64,000 nt of DNA. Origin: Cyanobacteria bacterium P01_A01_bin.123 (lineage in GTDB: Bacteria; Cyanobacteriota; Cyanobacteriia; Phormidesmidales; Phormidesmidaceae). The position numbers were made by a program, and so were the translations under genes. The DNA lies in the NCBI GenBank assembly GCA_039815185.1, contig JBCBZT010000009.1, positions 1-64,000 on the forward strand. The letters run 5' to 3'. Below the pieces are notes generated by a model. It was not told where the DNA came from and made no database searches. It saw nothing but the letters and a program-made list of their open reading frames with translations. Each line of letters opens with the position of its first letter. The first letter of the stretch is position 1. This document shows, piece by piece, positions 42,201-53,625 of this stretch.

Positions 42201-44952
42201 AGTCATTATGGGCATTATCGCTAAGTTGTTGCCCATAGCCTACACCAGTCGTCCGCTTTTGTTTGCGCTAATCGTGCTCAATCAGGTGCGGCTTTCAATC
42301 AAGTGGGGAAACTGTCCTCAAGGCACCATAGCTTACCTGGCTTATGCCGTCAGTTTGTGTAAGCTATTTGGTGATATTGATTCAGCTTATCGGTTGGGGC
42401 AGGTTGCTTTATTGCTGTCGGATAAATTCGGTGTACGGGCCATGCAAGCTTCTGTTATCCAGGTGGCAGCGGCCTTCACACAGCATTGGAAGCAATCCCT
42501 ACGCGATACTGTGTCGCCGTTACTACAGGCCTATGCCGTATCGCTGGAAGTCGGGGAGCCTGAGAATGCCGCCAACTCAGTTTATTTTGCCTGTGGGCAT
42601 CGATTTTGGTTAGGCGAGTCGCTGCCGGCGTTGGCTCAAGCGATGGCTAACTACTACCAAGAGATTGATGCGCTCAATCAAGACGTAGCCCTACAGCTGC
42701 ATGGGATTAATTGGCAAACCGTAGAGAATTTGCTGGGTGAAGCGACTAATCCATGTGCTTTAGATGGCAAGATTTATGTTGCAGACACTATGCGGTCTGT
42801 ACATCAGCGCAGCGGTAATCTTCAGGCGATTTTTGTAGCGCACTTTCAACAACTCTTTCTGAACTACTTGTTTGGCAATTATACTGACGCGATCGCCCAA
42901 GCCGAATTAGCAGAGGCTTATCTAGATGTCGTACCAGCTCAGGTCGTGTTTGCGACTTATCATGTTTATCGAGCATTAACCTGTCTGGCACTGATCGGGC
43001 TGGGTCAGTCAACGCAGAATAAAGAACGGCTAGCGCAGGCGAATCGTGATCTGAAAAAGCTGACAAAATGGGCGCACCATGCACCCGAAAATTACGCCCA
43101 CCGAGTTGCCTTAATCCAAGCGGAGAAACATCGGGTTTTGGGCAACCGCCTTGCTGCGATGGAGGCCTACGACCAAGCCATCACGTTGGCGCAATCAAAT
43201 CAATATTCACAGGAAGCAGGGCTAGCCCAAGAACTCGCGGGTAGATTTTATCTGGATTGGGGCAAAGCTGCGATCGCACAGACTTACTTGGTCAATGCTT
43301 ACTACAGCTACGAACACTGGGGTGCAAAGGCCAAATTGGACGATTTCAAACAATGTTATCAAGCTCATTTGCCCACGACCCTATGGGAAGCCTCAGAGAT
43401 GAACCCGGAGCAAGTTGCTGCGCTGCAAAATTTACCTGGCAGTGACGGACTAATGAAGCATGAAACCACTAGTTTATCTCGCAGCACTAGTCTGTCTCAA
43501 ACCCTTGATGCCACCACTGTAGTCAAAGCTTCCCAGGCATTATCCAGCGAGATTCAGCTCGACCAGCTACTTGAAACTCTGATGCAGGTGCTGTTGGAAA
43601 ATGCTGGCGCCCAACAGGGAGCACTGCTGCTGTTGCGCAACAACAATCTAGTCATTGACGTGGAAGCTCGTCGCCCTCAGCATCTCAATCAACCGTTCGA
43701 CATTGTGACCTTACAGTCCATACCGCTAGCTGACAGTGAAACCGTTCCGATCAGTTTGATTAACTACGTGGCCCGTACTAATGAAACCCTGGTATTGCAA
43801 GACGCTACTGATGAAACTCAATTCACAGCCGATCCTTATCTGTTGCAATATCAACCCAAGTCATTACTGTGTGCACCCATTCGCAATCAGGGCAAGCTGC
43901 TGGGTATTGTGTACCTAGAAAATAACCTGGCCCGGGGTGCGTTTACCCGCGATCGCTTGGAAGTCTTGCAGTTATTAACCACCCAGGCTGCCATTTCCCT
44001 TGAAAATGCCACACTTTATGACACCCTAGAGCAAAAAGTTATCCAGCGTACCCAAGCCCTCCACGAAAAAAATTACCACCTCAAACAAGCCCTAGATGAG
44101 TTAAAGCGCACTCAAACCCAGCTTATTCAAACCGAAAAGATGTCAGGGTTGGGCCAAATGGTAGCGGGGTTAGCCCACGAGATCAATAACCCAATTAACT
44201 TTATCCACGGCAACATCAACCACATTAGAGCCTATGCAGACGACCTGCTGTTGCTGATTGAAACCTATCGTCAGGAATACCCCCAACCTACTAGCGCCAT
44301 TGATACAGTCATTGGCGATATTGATTTGGATTATCTGATCGAAGATTTGCCGGCCCTACTGCGATCCATGCGAACCGGCAGCGATCGCATTCGAGACATT
44401 ATTCTCAGTCTGCGTAACTTTTCACGCCTAGACGAGGCGGATATGAAACCTGTGGATATCCACGAAGGTATCGATAGCACCCTGATGATCTTGCACCATC
44501 GCCTGCGTGAGAAATCGGGCCATGGCGTCATTCAAATCGACAAGCACTACAATCAATTGCCCCAAGTCACCTGCTATGCCAGTCAACTCAATCAGGTCTT
44601 CATGAATGTTTTGGCCAATGCCATCGATGCCCTGAATGAGTATCGCACCCAATCTCCGCTAGTCGTGTCGACTGGATTTGCAGCAAAAATCTCTATCCAC
44701 ACCGAAAGCGTTGGTAATAATCGAGTCCGGATTCGCATTGCCGACAACGGCCCTGGCATTCCTGAATCCGTCCGGGCCAAAATCTTTGACCCCTTCTTTA
44801 CCACCAAACCCATTGGCAGCGGTACTGGGTTGGGGTTATCCATCAGCCATCAAATCGTGGTGGAGAAACACAAAGGTCAATTCATCTGCGAGTCTATTCC
44901 TAATCAAGGTACGGTTTTTGTAATTGAAATTCCCATCCAGCCGGAGATTTAA
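39289..44952 (+). CDS. HstK-type hybrid: Ser/Thr kinase - AAA ATPase - GAF - histidine kinase
   Basis: [20 protein letters not shown], Walker [52 protein letters not shown]. Confidence 0.95.
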   Translation: MASRVETSISVQGYTLHNQLYSGSRTVVYRGIRDSDGQAVAIKLLKQEHPTPVEITQFRNQYAIAQKLNIPGIVKPYSLEYWQNRYAFVMEDYGGVALSQYLHQLVDSTHAAPTQTFESPTQAEPLNLLHQVEKPPLDLADFFTVAIQIATILDGLYRHQVLHKDIKPANILIHPETKQVKLIDFSIASLLPRETQDAQSLTLLEGTLSYMSPEQTGRMNRGIDYRTDFYSLGITFYELLTGQLPFQKDDPLDLIYCHIANQAVPVHQVNADVPGMLSHLVAKLMAKNAEDRYQSALGLRHDLQRCQDQWLATGTVETFELGQRDVCDRFSIPEKLYGRGAEVAALLAAFERVAGSPSVAAGGQRSNARSELLLIAGYSGVGKTAVVNEVHKPILRRQGYFTQGKFDQFQRNVPLSALIQALRGLMGQLLAENQANVNTWRDRILAAVGDQGQIIVDVIPEVEWLIGEQPAVEPLDPGASQNRFNRVLQKFIQVFPSADHPLVLFIDDLQWADTASLNLLQGLLGQTESLHLLVIGAYRDNEVSPTHPLNLTLDEIRQSGTKVNTIALLPLEHNDLNCLVADTLNCAAADALSLTQLILAKTQGNPFFTTQFLKTLHQSEQIWFDFDNRCWRWDLDQIKALSLSEDVVEFVVAQLQHLSVSTQEVLTLAACIGNEFDLKTLSTVSERSAEMLEAELWEPLQNGLLLMGSRSAPKELQPKPSASAPFEAMGFASAPIGTGQSTYSQGMVYKFLHDRVQQAAYVLIPVDQKQALHLKIGRLLLQKTPAEQRESHLFEIVSHLNQGVKLISDRDEQVSVARMNLAAGQQAKLSGAYGAAFDYLHRGIELIGQNHWQAELDLMVALYEAIAEVAYLQGKFEAMEKYADQVLTHTQDLLSQVKIYEIKIVAYQAQGRSQAAITTGLQVLKAFGLNFPENPNKGQVMLALARTKLAQLNITIEDLAELPVMTDPSQLVIMGIIAKLLPIAYTSRPLLFALIVLNQVRLSIKWGNCPQGTIAYLAYAVSLCKLFGDIDSAYRLGQVALLLSDKFGVRAMQASVIQVAAAFTQHWKQSLRDTVSPLLQAYAVSLEVGEPENAANSVYFACGHRFWLGESLPALAQAMANYYQEIDALNQDVALQLHGINWQTVENLLGEATNPCALDGKIYVADTMRSVHQRSGNLQAIFVAHFQQLFLNYLFGNYTDAIAQAELAEAYLDVVPAQVVFATYHVYRALTCLALIGLGQSTQNKERLAQANRDLKKLTKWAHHAPENYAHRVALIQAEKHRVLGNRLAAMEAYDQAITLAQSNQYSQEAGLAQELAGRFYLDWGKAAIAQTYLVNAYYSYEHWGAKAKLDDFKQCYQAHLPTTLWEASEMNPEQVAALQNLPGSDGLMKHETTSLSRSTSLSQTLDATTVVKASQALSSEIQLDQLLETLMQVLLENAGAQQGALLLLRNNNLVIDVEARRPQHLNQPFDIVTLQSIPLADSETVPISLINYVARTNETLVLQDATDETQFTADPYLLQYQPKSLLCAPIRNQGKLLGIVYLENNLARGAFTRDRLEVLQLLTTQAAISLENATLYDTLEQKVIQRTQALHEKNYHLKQALDELKRTQTQLIQTEKMSGLGQMVAGLAHEINNPINFIHGNINHIRAYADDLLLLIETYRQEYPQPTSAIDTVIGDIDLDYLIEDLPALLRSMRTGSDRIRDIILSLRNFSRLDEADMKPVDIHEGIDSTLMILHHRLREKSGHGVIQIDKHYNQLPQVTCYASQLNQVFMNVLANAIDALNEYRTQSPLVVSTGFAAKISIHTESVGNNRVRIRIADNGPGIPESVRAKIFDPFFTTKPIGSGTGLGLSISHQIVVEKHKGQFICESIPNQGTVFVIEIPIQPEI

Positions 44953-45026
44953 ATAAGGGGCACACGACTCAAGTCAATGCAATTAGCAACGCAACAGGTT
45001 GTCACGGATATTCACAGGAAAAGTGT

Positions 45027-46442
45027 ATGTTACCAAAACGTGATAGCCAGCGTCAAAGGCATAAATCTAAAGCGTCTAAAAGCTTGTCGAGCCAGTCTCC
45101 GATTGGCAATGTGCCACTAGTTGAACTAGCCGTTGTATTAGCCGTCTCTATTAGTTTTTATTTAATTGCATCGGTTCTGGATTTGAATGAACGATGGATT
45201 GACTGGTCAGCGCAGTATGAACAATATGAACTAGACGAACTCCCTTTAGGGTTTGGTATCATTGCCGTGGCTTTTGCTTGGTTCTCTTGGCGAAGATGGG
45301 TTGTCTTAAATAAGACCAATTCAGAGCTTTCTCGCATTCAAACATCCTTGCTAGTTGAAATTAGACAGCGAGAAAAAGCAGAGAAAATTGGAGCAGATAT
45401 TCGCCAAAAGCTTGAGCAAAATATTTTGGTTCAAAAGAAACGTACTGAACGGATTCAATCTATTCAAGAAATGGGAGAATTGCTGATATTCGCCCAAAGT
45501 AAACCAGAGATTTTTAACATCGCGATTCGATACGCGCAAAAGATTATACCGTGCTCATCCGGAGCCATCTATGAATCATACGATCACTCACTAAAGCATA
45601 TTCAAGGATGGGGAAAACTTACCAACTTAGATTTTGAGGTCACCACTGACTATGTGTGTTGGGCTACTCGGCAAGGGAAATCTTATCGGGAAACGCCTAC
45701 CCCTTCTGGGCAATCTCTATGTGCCCATGCAACTGGTAGTCAGTACATTATCTGCGTGCCGATTCTGACACCTAGAGGAGTTTGGGGAGTTTTGCATTTT
45801 CGCCAAGGTCATTCTTTCGCTGAGACCGAACAGACCGCTAAGTTTGACAACATCGAATTAGAGAGCTTAGCTAAAACCATTGCAGACAATATTGGCTTGC
45901 ATATTCACAGCCTTTTTCTAAAGGAGCAGCTTACCCTAGAATCAATTCGAGATCCGCTGACAGGTATTCTCAATCGCCGTGGCTTATTAAAACTGATTCA
46001 AGAACGAGACCTGTTACAAAACCCAGATTCTCATTGCTCTGTACTGCTGCTAGATATTGATTACTTCAAGCAGCTAAATGATCAGTTTGGCCATAATACT
46101 GGAGATGCTGCGTTAGTATCCATCTCAGAATTAGTTGCCAAGCTGATTCGCCGACAAGATATTTTCTGTCGATATGGCGGCGAAGAATTCTTGCTAATGT
46201 TAATCAATATAGATAAATCTACTGCGCTTTTGCGAGCGGAAAGTATTCGACAGTTTGTTGAACAGCATGTCCTCAAAATAGGCAGCCATCAGGTTGATCA
46301 GCTAACAGTTTCTATTGGAGTTGCAACCTACCCTGAAGATGCCGATGCCTATGAGGAGTTAATCCAAAAAGCAGATAAGGCATTATATCGAGCCAAGGAA
46401 CTGGGGCGAAACAGGGTGGTTGACTGTGCCATGGCTGGATAA
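45027..46442 (+). CDS. membrane diguanylate cyclase (2 TM, GAF-like, GGDEF)
   Basis: DPLTGILNRR, DIDYFKQLND, RxxD I-site (RRQD), RYGGEEF. Confidence 0.93.
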   Translation: MLPKRDSQRQRHKSKASKSLSSQSPIGNVPLVELAVVLAVSISFYLIASVLDLNERWIDWSAQYEQYELDELPLGFGIIAVAFAWFSWRRWVVLNKTNSELSRIQTSLLVEIRQREKAEKIGADIRQKLEQNILVQKKRTERIQSIQEMGELLIFAQSKPEIFNIAIRYAQKIIPCSSGAIYESYDHSLKHIQGWGKLTNLDFEVTTDYVCWATRQGKSYRETPTPSGQSLCAHATGSQYIICVPILTPRGVWGVLHFRQGHSFAETEQTAKFDNIELESLAKTIADNIGLHIHSLFLKEQLTLESIRDPLTGILNRRGLLKLIQERDLLQNPDSHCSVLLLDIDYFKQLNDQFGHNTGDAALVSISELVAKLIRRQDIFCRYGGEEFLLMLINIDKSTALLRAESIRQFVEQHVLKIGSHQVDQLTVSIGVATYPEDADAYEELIQKADKALYRAKELGRNRVVDCAMAG

Positions 46443-46486
46443 TCTGACTTTAGATTGGGGCATTAAAGATTGGGGCATTGACTGAC

Positions 46487-48016
46487 TTACGGTAGCCAAA
46501 GCTGGGGCAAAAGTTGATTACCAAACTGCCTGATCGTGCGATTGAGGGTGCGGGCGATCGCGATGTGGGGTTCATCCGCTTCAATTGGCAGCACAACAGC
46601 ACTGCGACCCAATCCCAGGGTTTCGATAACTTGATTGGCCGCCTCTAACCCCGTAACATAAGCTTTTTCTTGAGACCAAGACCCGTGACGAGTGACAATC
46701 CAATCACCGCTCATGACTAGATTCGATACGCTGGTGCGACTCGGCAGCAAATATTGATAGCTGCCGGGGGCAAAGTGGCTGACGGCTTGGGGCAATCGAA
46801 TTACGCTGTGATCCACAATCTGGGCATTGCTAAAACCAGAAATACAACCTGCTAAATTAGACTGCACCAGGGGCAAGATTTGGGCATCATCCAGAGATAA
46901 GAACTGATTAGCGTGGTAGTAGTCCACCTCAATTACTGAACCGGGTACATTTTGGTATTCATCGTGCAAAGCATTGAGATCGAAGAACGTCCACCCCGTG
47001 GTGTTGTGGAAACCAAAGCAAGCGTTTGAAGGCAGGGGGATGTCAATTTTCTGGTCGAACCAGAGGCGGGTGGCTAGCACATCAACGGCCTTAAGGTTGC
47101 TCAAGTTGCGAAATTCGGCCCGCTCTCGCAAAGCAGGGCTATTCGCCACGATCTTTTTCATCCCGGTGATGCCCGTGGCAAAAATTACGGCATCGGCGTC
47201 AAAGCGTTGATCGCCGCAGATGACTGCCGTAACGCGATCGCCGTCGAGCACCACATCACTCACCCGATGCTTCGGCAAAATCTGCCCTCCAGCTTTTTCA
47301 ATCGCTGTCGTCCAGGGTTTGAAGATTTGCTCACCTACGGTGCCACGACACCATTTCACGTCAAAGTCGCTTTGGTGGGCCAGAATGAAGTAATAGAGCA
47401 TCCCCAACGCCGCCGCTGCCGAACACTGCTCTCCGGGGGCAAACAACCCTACCAGCAGCATCGGTTCAAAGGATTCTTTATAAAGCCTTGCCGACACGCC
47501 AAACTGCTTAAACAACTCGCGCGCCGTCACCCCGTCATAGCGCTGCCAAGCCTCGTGAGAATTGTCAAAGTCAATCAGGGCGTAGAGTAGGGGCAGGGCT
47601 GAGAGGCGATCGCTTAGGGGTAAGCGCTTAAATCGCGTGTAGAGAAACGTACCTAAGGGGCTAGGTAGCCGAGGCTCGTCCTGAAAAATTGGCGACTCCA
47701 CCTCCAACCCCGCCGGAGAATATTGAGACGACCGGGTAAATGGCGTAAACGGATCCAAGCCTAAGCGATCGATTAGGGAAAAAATGTTGCGATAGGGATG
47801 CCAAAACCCGTGAATTCCCGCTTCAACCGATCGCCCCTGGGCTGTTTGCCACCCAGCGACCAGACCCCCTGGATAAGCCCCGGCTTCGAGTAACGTCACG
47901 TCATAACCTTGGGTGGCGAGATGGTGAGTTGCACCTAATCCGGCCCATCCTGCTCCAACGACGACGACTTTGGGGCGATCGCCCCGAATTGACTCCATTG
48001 ATGTTGCGGTTGTCAT
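46487..48016 (-). CDS. FAD-dependent oxidoreductase (amine oxidase/carotenoid desaturase-like)
   Basis: VVGAGWAGL Rossmann, EAGIHGFW, GDW..SQEKAYVTG; ATG at 48016 preferred. Confidence 0.85.
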   Translation of the reverse strand: MTTATSMESIRGDRPKVVVVGAGWAGLGATHHLATQGYDVTLLEAGAYPGGLVAGWQTAQGRSVEAGIHGFWHPYRNIFSLIDRLGLDPFTPFTRSSQYSPAGLEVESPIFQDEPRLPSPLGTFLYTRFKRLPLSDRLSALPLLYALIDFDNSHEAWQRYDGVTARELFKQFGVSARLYKESFEPMLLVGLFAPGEQCSAAAALGMLYYFILAHQSDFDVKWCRGTVGEQIFKPWTTAIEKAGGQILPKHRVSDVVLDGDRVTAVICGDQRFDADAVIFATGITGMKKIVANSPALRERAEFRNLSNLKAVDVLATRLWFDQKIDIPLPSNACFGFHNTTGWTFFDLNALHDEYQNVPGSVIEVDYYHANQFLSLDDAQILPLVQSNLAGCISGFSNAQIVDHSVIRLPQAVSHFAPGSYQYLLPSRTSVSNLVMSGDWIVTRHGSWSQEKAYVTGLEAANQVIETLGLGRSAVVLPIEADEPHIAIARTLNRTIRQFGNQLLPQLWLP

Positions 48017-48595
48017 AATCCCTTTTTCAAGTCTCTGCTTTAGCATGACACGATGTGCGGGTGAGAAACCGGGTTGCTGAACCTGGTGCCAATCCAGCAA
48101 CATGCCAAATGAGTTCTATAGAACAGGGCAGCAACATTCCCCCTTGATTTTAATTTATCCAACCTTCATATAGCTTGTTTAAAGGACTCATCAAGAATAC
48201 GCAAAACACATTACTAAGTTAGCTAGCCAGCTGGGGATTTTAACTATAATATCTACAACTAAAGTTTAGGTGCTCTACACATTAAAAGCTTCCTTTTAGC
48301 CAATCGCTTCAGTGGTGCAGAAAACCTTTTTCGAATCTCATAGTGGATAAATTTGACAGTCAAAAAAACAACTAAAACGTCATTATCCTAGTTCATTTTC
48401 CCGAGAAATTCAAAATCAATATCTCTTTGAGAATCCTTTATTTATAGAGGTTTCAAGAGTTTTCTGCATCACCAAGATCAATCGCTATAAAGCTCAGAGC
48501 TGAGTGTCTCGTTCACATCTACACCCAACTGTGCTCATAGCGTTATTCAGTAATGCTAGACAACATAATAAAGTTATATTAGGAGTTTAAAACTA

Positions 48596-50257
48596 ATGGT
48601 TACTCAATTAGTTCCGAAATTAGCTTCTGGCAGTCAAAAAATCAGCCAAACATTCAAATTTAACCTGCGATTTTTATTTATCGTTTTACTCTCCTTAGGA
48701 ATAGCTCTTCGCTGTGCGAACATTGATGGAAAAGTTTATTGGTTTGATGAATCCTTCACGTCATTGAGGATCTCTGGTTATACGGAAGAGGAGGTTATTC
48801 AGCACATTTCAGATCAAGAGATATTGACTGCTAAAGATTTTCTTAGATACCAGCAGATTAATGATGAGAAAGGTTTGGCAGATACAATTAAAGGGTTAGC
48901 TATTGAAGAACCTCAACTCACACCGCTTTACTTTATCGCCGCACGATTGTGGGCACAATGGTTTGGCAATTCTATTGTAGTAGTAAGAAGCTTATCTGTT
49001 CTGTTCAGTCTACTCATATTTCCTGTAGCTTATTGGCTTTGCTTGGAATTATTTAATTCAAAGCTAGTGGGATGGGTGGCAATTTCAACAATAGCAATTT
49101 CACCTTTACATTTGCTCTTTGCCCAAGAAGCACGTCCTTATAGCTTGTGGGTTCTTACCCTATTAATATCTAGTACTGCTCTTTTGAGGGCAATCCGACG
49201 ACAAACAAAAGTTGCTTGGATAACCTATTCGATCAGTGTTGCAATCGGGCTATATTCCTTCTTATTCTTTGGGCTCGGCATAATTAGTCACGGCATCTAT
49301 ATTTTAATCGCAGAGAGGTTTCGTTTTCGGAAAACGCTTCTAAGCTACCTGTTAGCCATATTAGTGGGCGTGATTATTTTTTCCCCTTGGATTATAGTGA
49401 TCTTGACAAATCCAAACCCCATGGTGAGTTTGGGTTCAAGAGGGGTTGAGTTGTCATTATTAGTTAAAGCGTGGATTCATAATCTGAGCCTTACTGTCTT
49501 TGACTTTGATCTAGGTTGGTGCTTTCCTATTGGCAGTTCGTATTGCCGATCTGCTTTAACCTTGAGGAATGTTTTATTATATTTGATGCTGCCCGCTTTG
49601 TGTCTAGCGGGCTATTCAATTTATTTCCTCTGTCGTCACACTCAAAGACGAGTTTGGGGCTTTGTCGTAACGATGATAGGAACTACGATAGCTTTTTTAG
49701 CCGTGCCGGATGTAATACTAGGAGGTCATCGTTCTAGTATTACCCGATATTTGTTCCCAATTTTCTTGGGCATTCAATTATCTTTTGCCTATCTTTTGTC
49801 TAGTCAAGCTTTTTCAGCTTCAGCTAATACTAAAATTCGAAAATTCTGGAAGCTTGTAGCAGCACTTTTAATCTCATTAGGAGTTTTATCCTGTATGAGG
49901 ATATCTCAAGCAGACTCTTGGTGGAACAAAGCACAGAATTATCATGTTATTCCGATGGCTCATGTGCTCAACAGTGTTGAAGCACCTTTTTTGATTTATC
50001 CAGTTTCACCTGGTATCGGTTTTGTAGGACGAGTAATGCCGCTGTTTCACGAGCTTAATCCAGAGACAAAGATTCAGTTTGTGCCTCAATCTATTGAAAC
50101 TATTAAAGTCCCGAATGGTCTTGAAAATATTTTCATATTTAACCCTTCGCAGCCAGTGATTGAGCAGTTTCAAAAGATCGATGATTACAGCATAGAGCTC
50201 GTTTTCATTAACCCGATTCATCCCAGTCCGAGACTTTGGAAAATAGAAAAGACTTAG
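48596..50257 (+). CDS. GT-C glycosyltransferase (GT39/PMT_2-like)
   Basis: YWFDE after TM1, PLYF, AQEARPYSL; about a dozen TM helices; AT-rich. Confidence 0.85.
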   Translation: MVTQLVPKLASGSQKISQTFKFNLRFLFIVLLSLGIALRCANIDGKVYWFDESFTSLRISGYTEEEVIQHISDQEILTAKDFLRYQQINDEKGLADTIKGLAIEEPQLTPLYFIAARLWAQWFGNSIVVVRSLSVLFSLLIFPVAYWLCLELFNSKLVGWVAISTIAISPLHLLFAQEARPYSLWVLTLLISSTALLRAIRRQTKVAWITYSISVAIGLYSFLFFGLGIISHGIYILIAERFRFRKTLLSYLLAILVGVIIFSPWIIVILTNPNPMVSLGSRGVELSLLVKAWIHNLSLTVFDFDLGWCFPIGSSYCRSALTLRNVLLYLMLPALCLAGYSIYFLCRHTQRRVWGFVVTMIGTTIAFLAVPDVILGGHRSSITRYLFPIFLGIQLSFAYLLSSQAFSASANTKIRKFWKLVAALLISLGVLSCMRISQADSWWNKAQNYHVIPMAHVLNSVEAPFLIYPVSPGIGFVGRVMPLFHELNPETKIQFVPQSIETIKVPNGLENIFIFNPSQPVIEQFQKIDDYSIELVFINPIHPSPRLWKIEKT

Positions 50258-50407
50258 TAAACAAGTATGACGGAACTGAGAATTTCAGATATATAAATTC
50301 TAATAAAGCGATATATCTGACAACCCGTGGAGATTTTCATAAACGTAAAGGGGATCGTTGTGTCTACCGCTAAAAGCTTAGATTTTCTATAAACTCCCTT
50401 TAAGGAT

Positions 50408-51985
50408 ATGAACTATATTTATTCTAGGAAAATCATTTTCTCTTTGTCGATTATCATTCTGATTGCTGCTCTATTGCGGATAACTTTTCTGTCAGAAGTT
50501 CCTGGTGGCTTTAACTGCGACGAAGCACTTAATGGATATGAAGCTTATTCAATTCTAGAGACATCACGGGATCGCTATGGAAAGCTATTGCCACTGTTTA
50601 CCAGGGCATTTAATAGCTATCGCCCAACCTTATACATATTTGCAGCAATTCCATCTGTCAAAATCTTTGGGCTTAATGAATTTGGCGTTAGGTTCCCATC
50701 TGCATTTTTTGGAGTTTTGACTGTTTGGATGGTGTTCCTTATTGTCAAGCATGTTTTCAGCCCTAAATGGGCCTTAATCTCTGCATTTATGCTTGCGATT
50801 AATCCTTGGCATATTCATTTTAGCCGAAGTGCTTATGAAGCTAGTTTGCTACCGTTTCTTTTTTGCTTAGGATATTGGCTATTCTTAAAAAGCTTTAAGA
50901 AGCCAACATATCTAATTTTCAGTGCCATATTTTTTTCGATGAGCTTGAATACTTATCATGCGGCAAGAGTTTTTGTGCCCTTGTTTTTGATGGGTTTAAT
51001 CATTATCTATAAGAAACATATTATAGATAATTTCAAGCAGTCAATTGCTGCTTTCATAGCTTTCAACACAATTTTTATTCCCATCTTTAAATTTTGGATT
51101 TCACCACAAGGAATGGCTAGAGCAAGCCAAGTAGGTATAGAGACTAGCTTATCTAAAATTATTATCAATTACATTTCGTTTTTTAATCCGAAATACCTAT
51201 TCTGGGATGGATTTGAAGACTTGTCTTTAAATCCTGTTGGCATAGGATGTTTTTACTATTTTGAATTCGTCACAATTGGACTATGTGCATTATTTCTTGC
51301 AAAAAGAGGTAACAAGAATCAGAAAACCTTGCTATTTTGGTTGTTTCTATATCCAATACCTGCAGCATTAGTTGATACTGTAAATCCGCTAAGAACACTC
51401 GCTGGAGCACCTATATTTGCTATTCTTTCTGGGTGTGGAGTTGCAATAATTAAAAATTATTTAGAAGCCATCTTGAATCGTTCAGCCTTCAAGTTAGCAT
51501 GCATCTTTTTGGTGTCATTTATGATGTCAGGTTTTACCTACTTTTTTACTCATTATTACACCAATTATCCTCCTGAAGCATTATTTTCTTGGAAGTATGG
51601 CTTACGTGAAGCTATACAATATGCAGAAAATCACTCCTATAGCTGCGTGATTATGAGCAGCGATCGCAATAGTAATTGTTATGCGATTCATGATTTTATT
51701 TCTCATGTGCCGTTCTATACCCAGTATCCACCTGAAAAATATCAAAGATCGCCAATTTCACCATTGGTTGGGGACTCTCAAGCTAACATTTATTCCCTAG
51801 GGAAATATAGCTTAGCCTCTATTGAAAACCAAACAAAATTGAATGAAAGATGTCTCTACATCATTCGCCCAGATGAGTTGATTACCTTAGATTCTAAGGG
51901 ATATGCTTGGAAAGAGGTTTATGCTATTGAAGATAACCGCAATATTACTTATTTCAAACTCGTTGAGATTTATGATTTGAGTTGA
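50408..51985 (+). CDS. GT-C glycosyltransferase (ArnT/PMT_2-like)
   Basis: PGGFNCDEA, GLNEFGVRFPSA, PWHIHFSR; multi-TM; strongly AT-rich. Confidence 0.85.
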   Translation: MNYIYSRKIIFSLSIIILIAALLRITFLSEVPGGFNCDEALNGYEAYSILETSRDRYGKLLPLFTRAFNSYRPTLYIFAAIPSVKIFGLNEFGVRFPSAFFGVLTVWMVFLIVKHVFSPKWALISAFMLAINPWHIHFSRSAYEASLLPFLFCLGYWLFLKSFKKPTYLIFSAIFFSMSLNTYHAARVFVPLFLMGLIIIYKKHIIDNFKQSIAAFIAFNTIFIPIFKFWISPQGMARASQVGIETSLSKIIINYISFFNPKYLFWDGFEDLSLNPVGIGCFYYFEFVTIGLCALFLAKRGNKNQKTLLFWLFLYPIPAALVDTVNPLRTLAGAPIFAILSGCGVAIIKNYLEAILNRSAFKLACIFLVSFMMSGFTYFFTHYYTNYPPEALFSWKYGLREAIQYAENHSYSCVIMSSDRNSNCYAIHDFISHVPFYTQYPPEKYQRSPISPLVGDSQANIYSLGKYSLASIENQTKLNERCLYIIRPDELITLDSKGYAWKEVYAIEDNRNITYFKLVEIYDLS

Positions 51986-52120
51986 AATGTAACTGATTAT
52001 ATTTATCTGAGATAACTGATGATGATGTAACGAACTTTGCCCACGGGAATGGACTTGATCTAGCTTTGCGAATTGGAATAGCCATTGTTCTAGATGTAAT
52101 CTGAGTTGGTTCGCGTAGAA

Positions 52121-53611
52121 TTACTTGAATTTTCTGCATTCTCCAGGACGCTTCAGAATACAGGTGTTGCCAAAGCAGGTTTGCAGTCTATAGTTTCCGT
52201 GCCGCGCTATAAACGCTTCATCGACAATCGCATTATCGGCAATCACATAGTTAAACTCTGCATTGCGCGCGTCAAATCTGGTCTGATTGTGCTTGAGGTC
52301 AGTTACCACGGTGATGTCTTGATGGAGATGGGTGTAGCCGCCATAGAGCCAGGTCGCATTCCAAAGGCCTAACCCACAGATGTCGTCTGTTTGACTCAGT
52401 ATTTTCAGAGAAATCAGCATATTGGCGTCAGTCGTCCAATGGGTCTGGCTGGGTCGATAGATCAAGATTTCAGGAAATCCTAGCCTGTCAGCATCACGGG
52501 TTTCAAATCGAGTTGCCAAAACCGTTGAGGTTGCTAAGCAAAGGATAAGACCGATGACCAGGGCCGTTGATGGGTATCGCCGCACCCAAGTGTTGTGCTG
52601 CTTCAGCCTTTCAAGCAGTTCAGCCAGCCCAATGCTGGCCAGAATTAAGCTGCACACGATCACTGGATAAATAAAGCGATATTCTTTATGGGACAACAGA
52701 CTATGGGAGCCCAAAATGACCAATGAAAATAGGGCCAATTGTGGACTTTTCAGCGACCCGATTAGGGTCAAGCCAGCCATGGGAATAATCGCCCATGACC
52801 AAACCCGGATCAAGAATTTGAGATAGCCATACCAGGGCAAAATGCCAAATTCCAGACTCTTTTCTTCAACGACATTAATCCAGAAGTTCTTGAGCATAGA
52901 TTGAAAGGGATAGTCCCAGGTGAGGGCATCCACTGCCCCAAATATCAGCACTGGCCCAATAAAACCAATCAACAGGGGTAGCCATCGCTTTCTAAAATCC
53001 CCCTTACCAATCGCAACCAGACACACCAAAATACCGGGTAGAAAATGAAAGCGTAGACTAAAGGCAATCCCCAGCAAAACACCCGCCCAAAACAGTCTGC
53101 GCTCATCTGGAAATCCTTTGTAGTCAGCGTTGTGCAGTCCCAAGTAAAATCCAGGCAGCAAAACATGGGTGGCAACCACCTCAGTAAATGCCTTGGGAGC
53201 AAAGAAAATCAGTTCGAACCAAATACATGACGCGATCGCCGCAATAAACCCTGCGTTGACGCCGCTGACTCGTTTGGCCCACTGGAAGCTCACCCAAATA
53301 CAGGTCAGCGACAGCGCACTTAACAGCACGTTAATTGCAAATAAATAGTCTACAGAACCGGGCAATACCCAGTCGCTGAGACGCATGACGATCGCGAGCA
53401 CGGTGGGGAATATCCACGAGCGAATCCCTTCCCGAAATTCCCATGGCGTAATGCCGTAACCAAAGGCTAGTCTATGGGCCTGTTCTTGGGTTTGAAAAAT
53501 CTCATCGGCTAGGAGGATGTTGGGTAGTGCAAACCCCAGACCCACTCGCAGCAGAAACCCTAGCAGGAGGATGCTAATTAATAAGTGCTTTCGCGGGATT
53601 TTCAGCTCCAT
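52121..53611 (-). CDS. PIG-B/Alg9-like (GT22) mannosyltransferase homolog
   Basis: DEIFQTQEQAHRLAFGYGITPWEFREGIRS and HKEYRFIYP match PIG-B/Alg9 family signatures. Confidence 0.82.
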   Translation of the reverse strand: MELKIPRKHLLISILLLGFLLRVGLGFALPNILLADEIFQTQEQAHRLAFGYGITPWEFREGIRSWIFPTVLAIVMRLSDWVLPGSVDYLFAINVLLSALSLTCIWVSFQWAKRVSGVNAGFIAAIASCIWFELIFFAPKAFTEVVATHVLLPGFYLGLHNADYKGFPDERRLFWAGVLLGIAFSLRFHFLPGILVCLVAIGKGDFRKRWLPLLIGFIGPVLIFGAVDALTWDYPFQSMLKNFWINVVEEKSLEFGILPWYGYLKFLIRVWSWAIIPMAGLTLIGSLKSPQLALFSLVILGSHSLLSHKEYRFIYPVIVCSLILASIGLAELLERLKQHNTWVRRYPSTALVIGLILCLATSTVLATRFETRDADRLGFPEILIYRPSQTHWTTDANMLISLKILSQTDDICGLGLWNATWLYGGYTHLHQDITVVTDLKHNQTRFDARNAEFNYVIADNAIVDEAFIARHGNYRLQTCFGNTCILKRPGECRKFK

Positions 53612-53625
53612 AGGGCGGTGGGTTG

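Noticed and set aside
46452..46479. AGATTGGGGCATT direct repeat between convergent genes
   Set aside because: Two-copy STRR-like duplication; no evidence that it is an att site or target duplication
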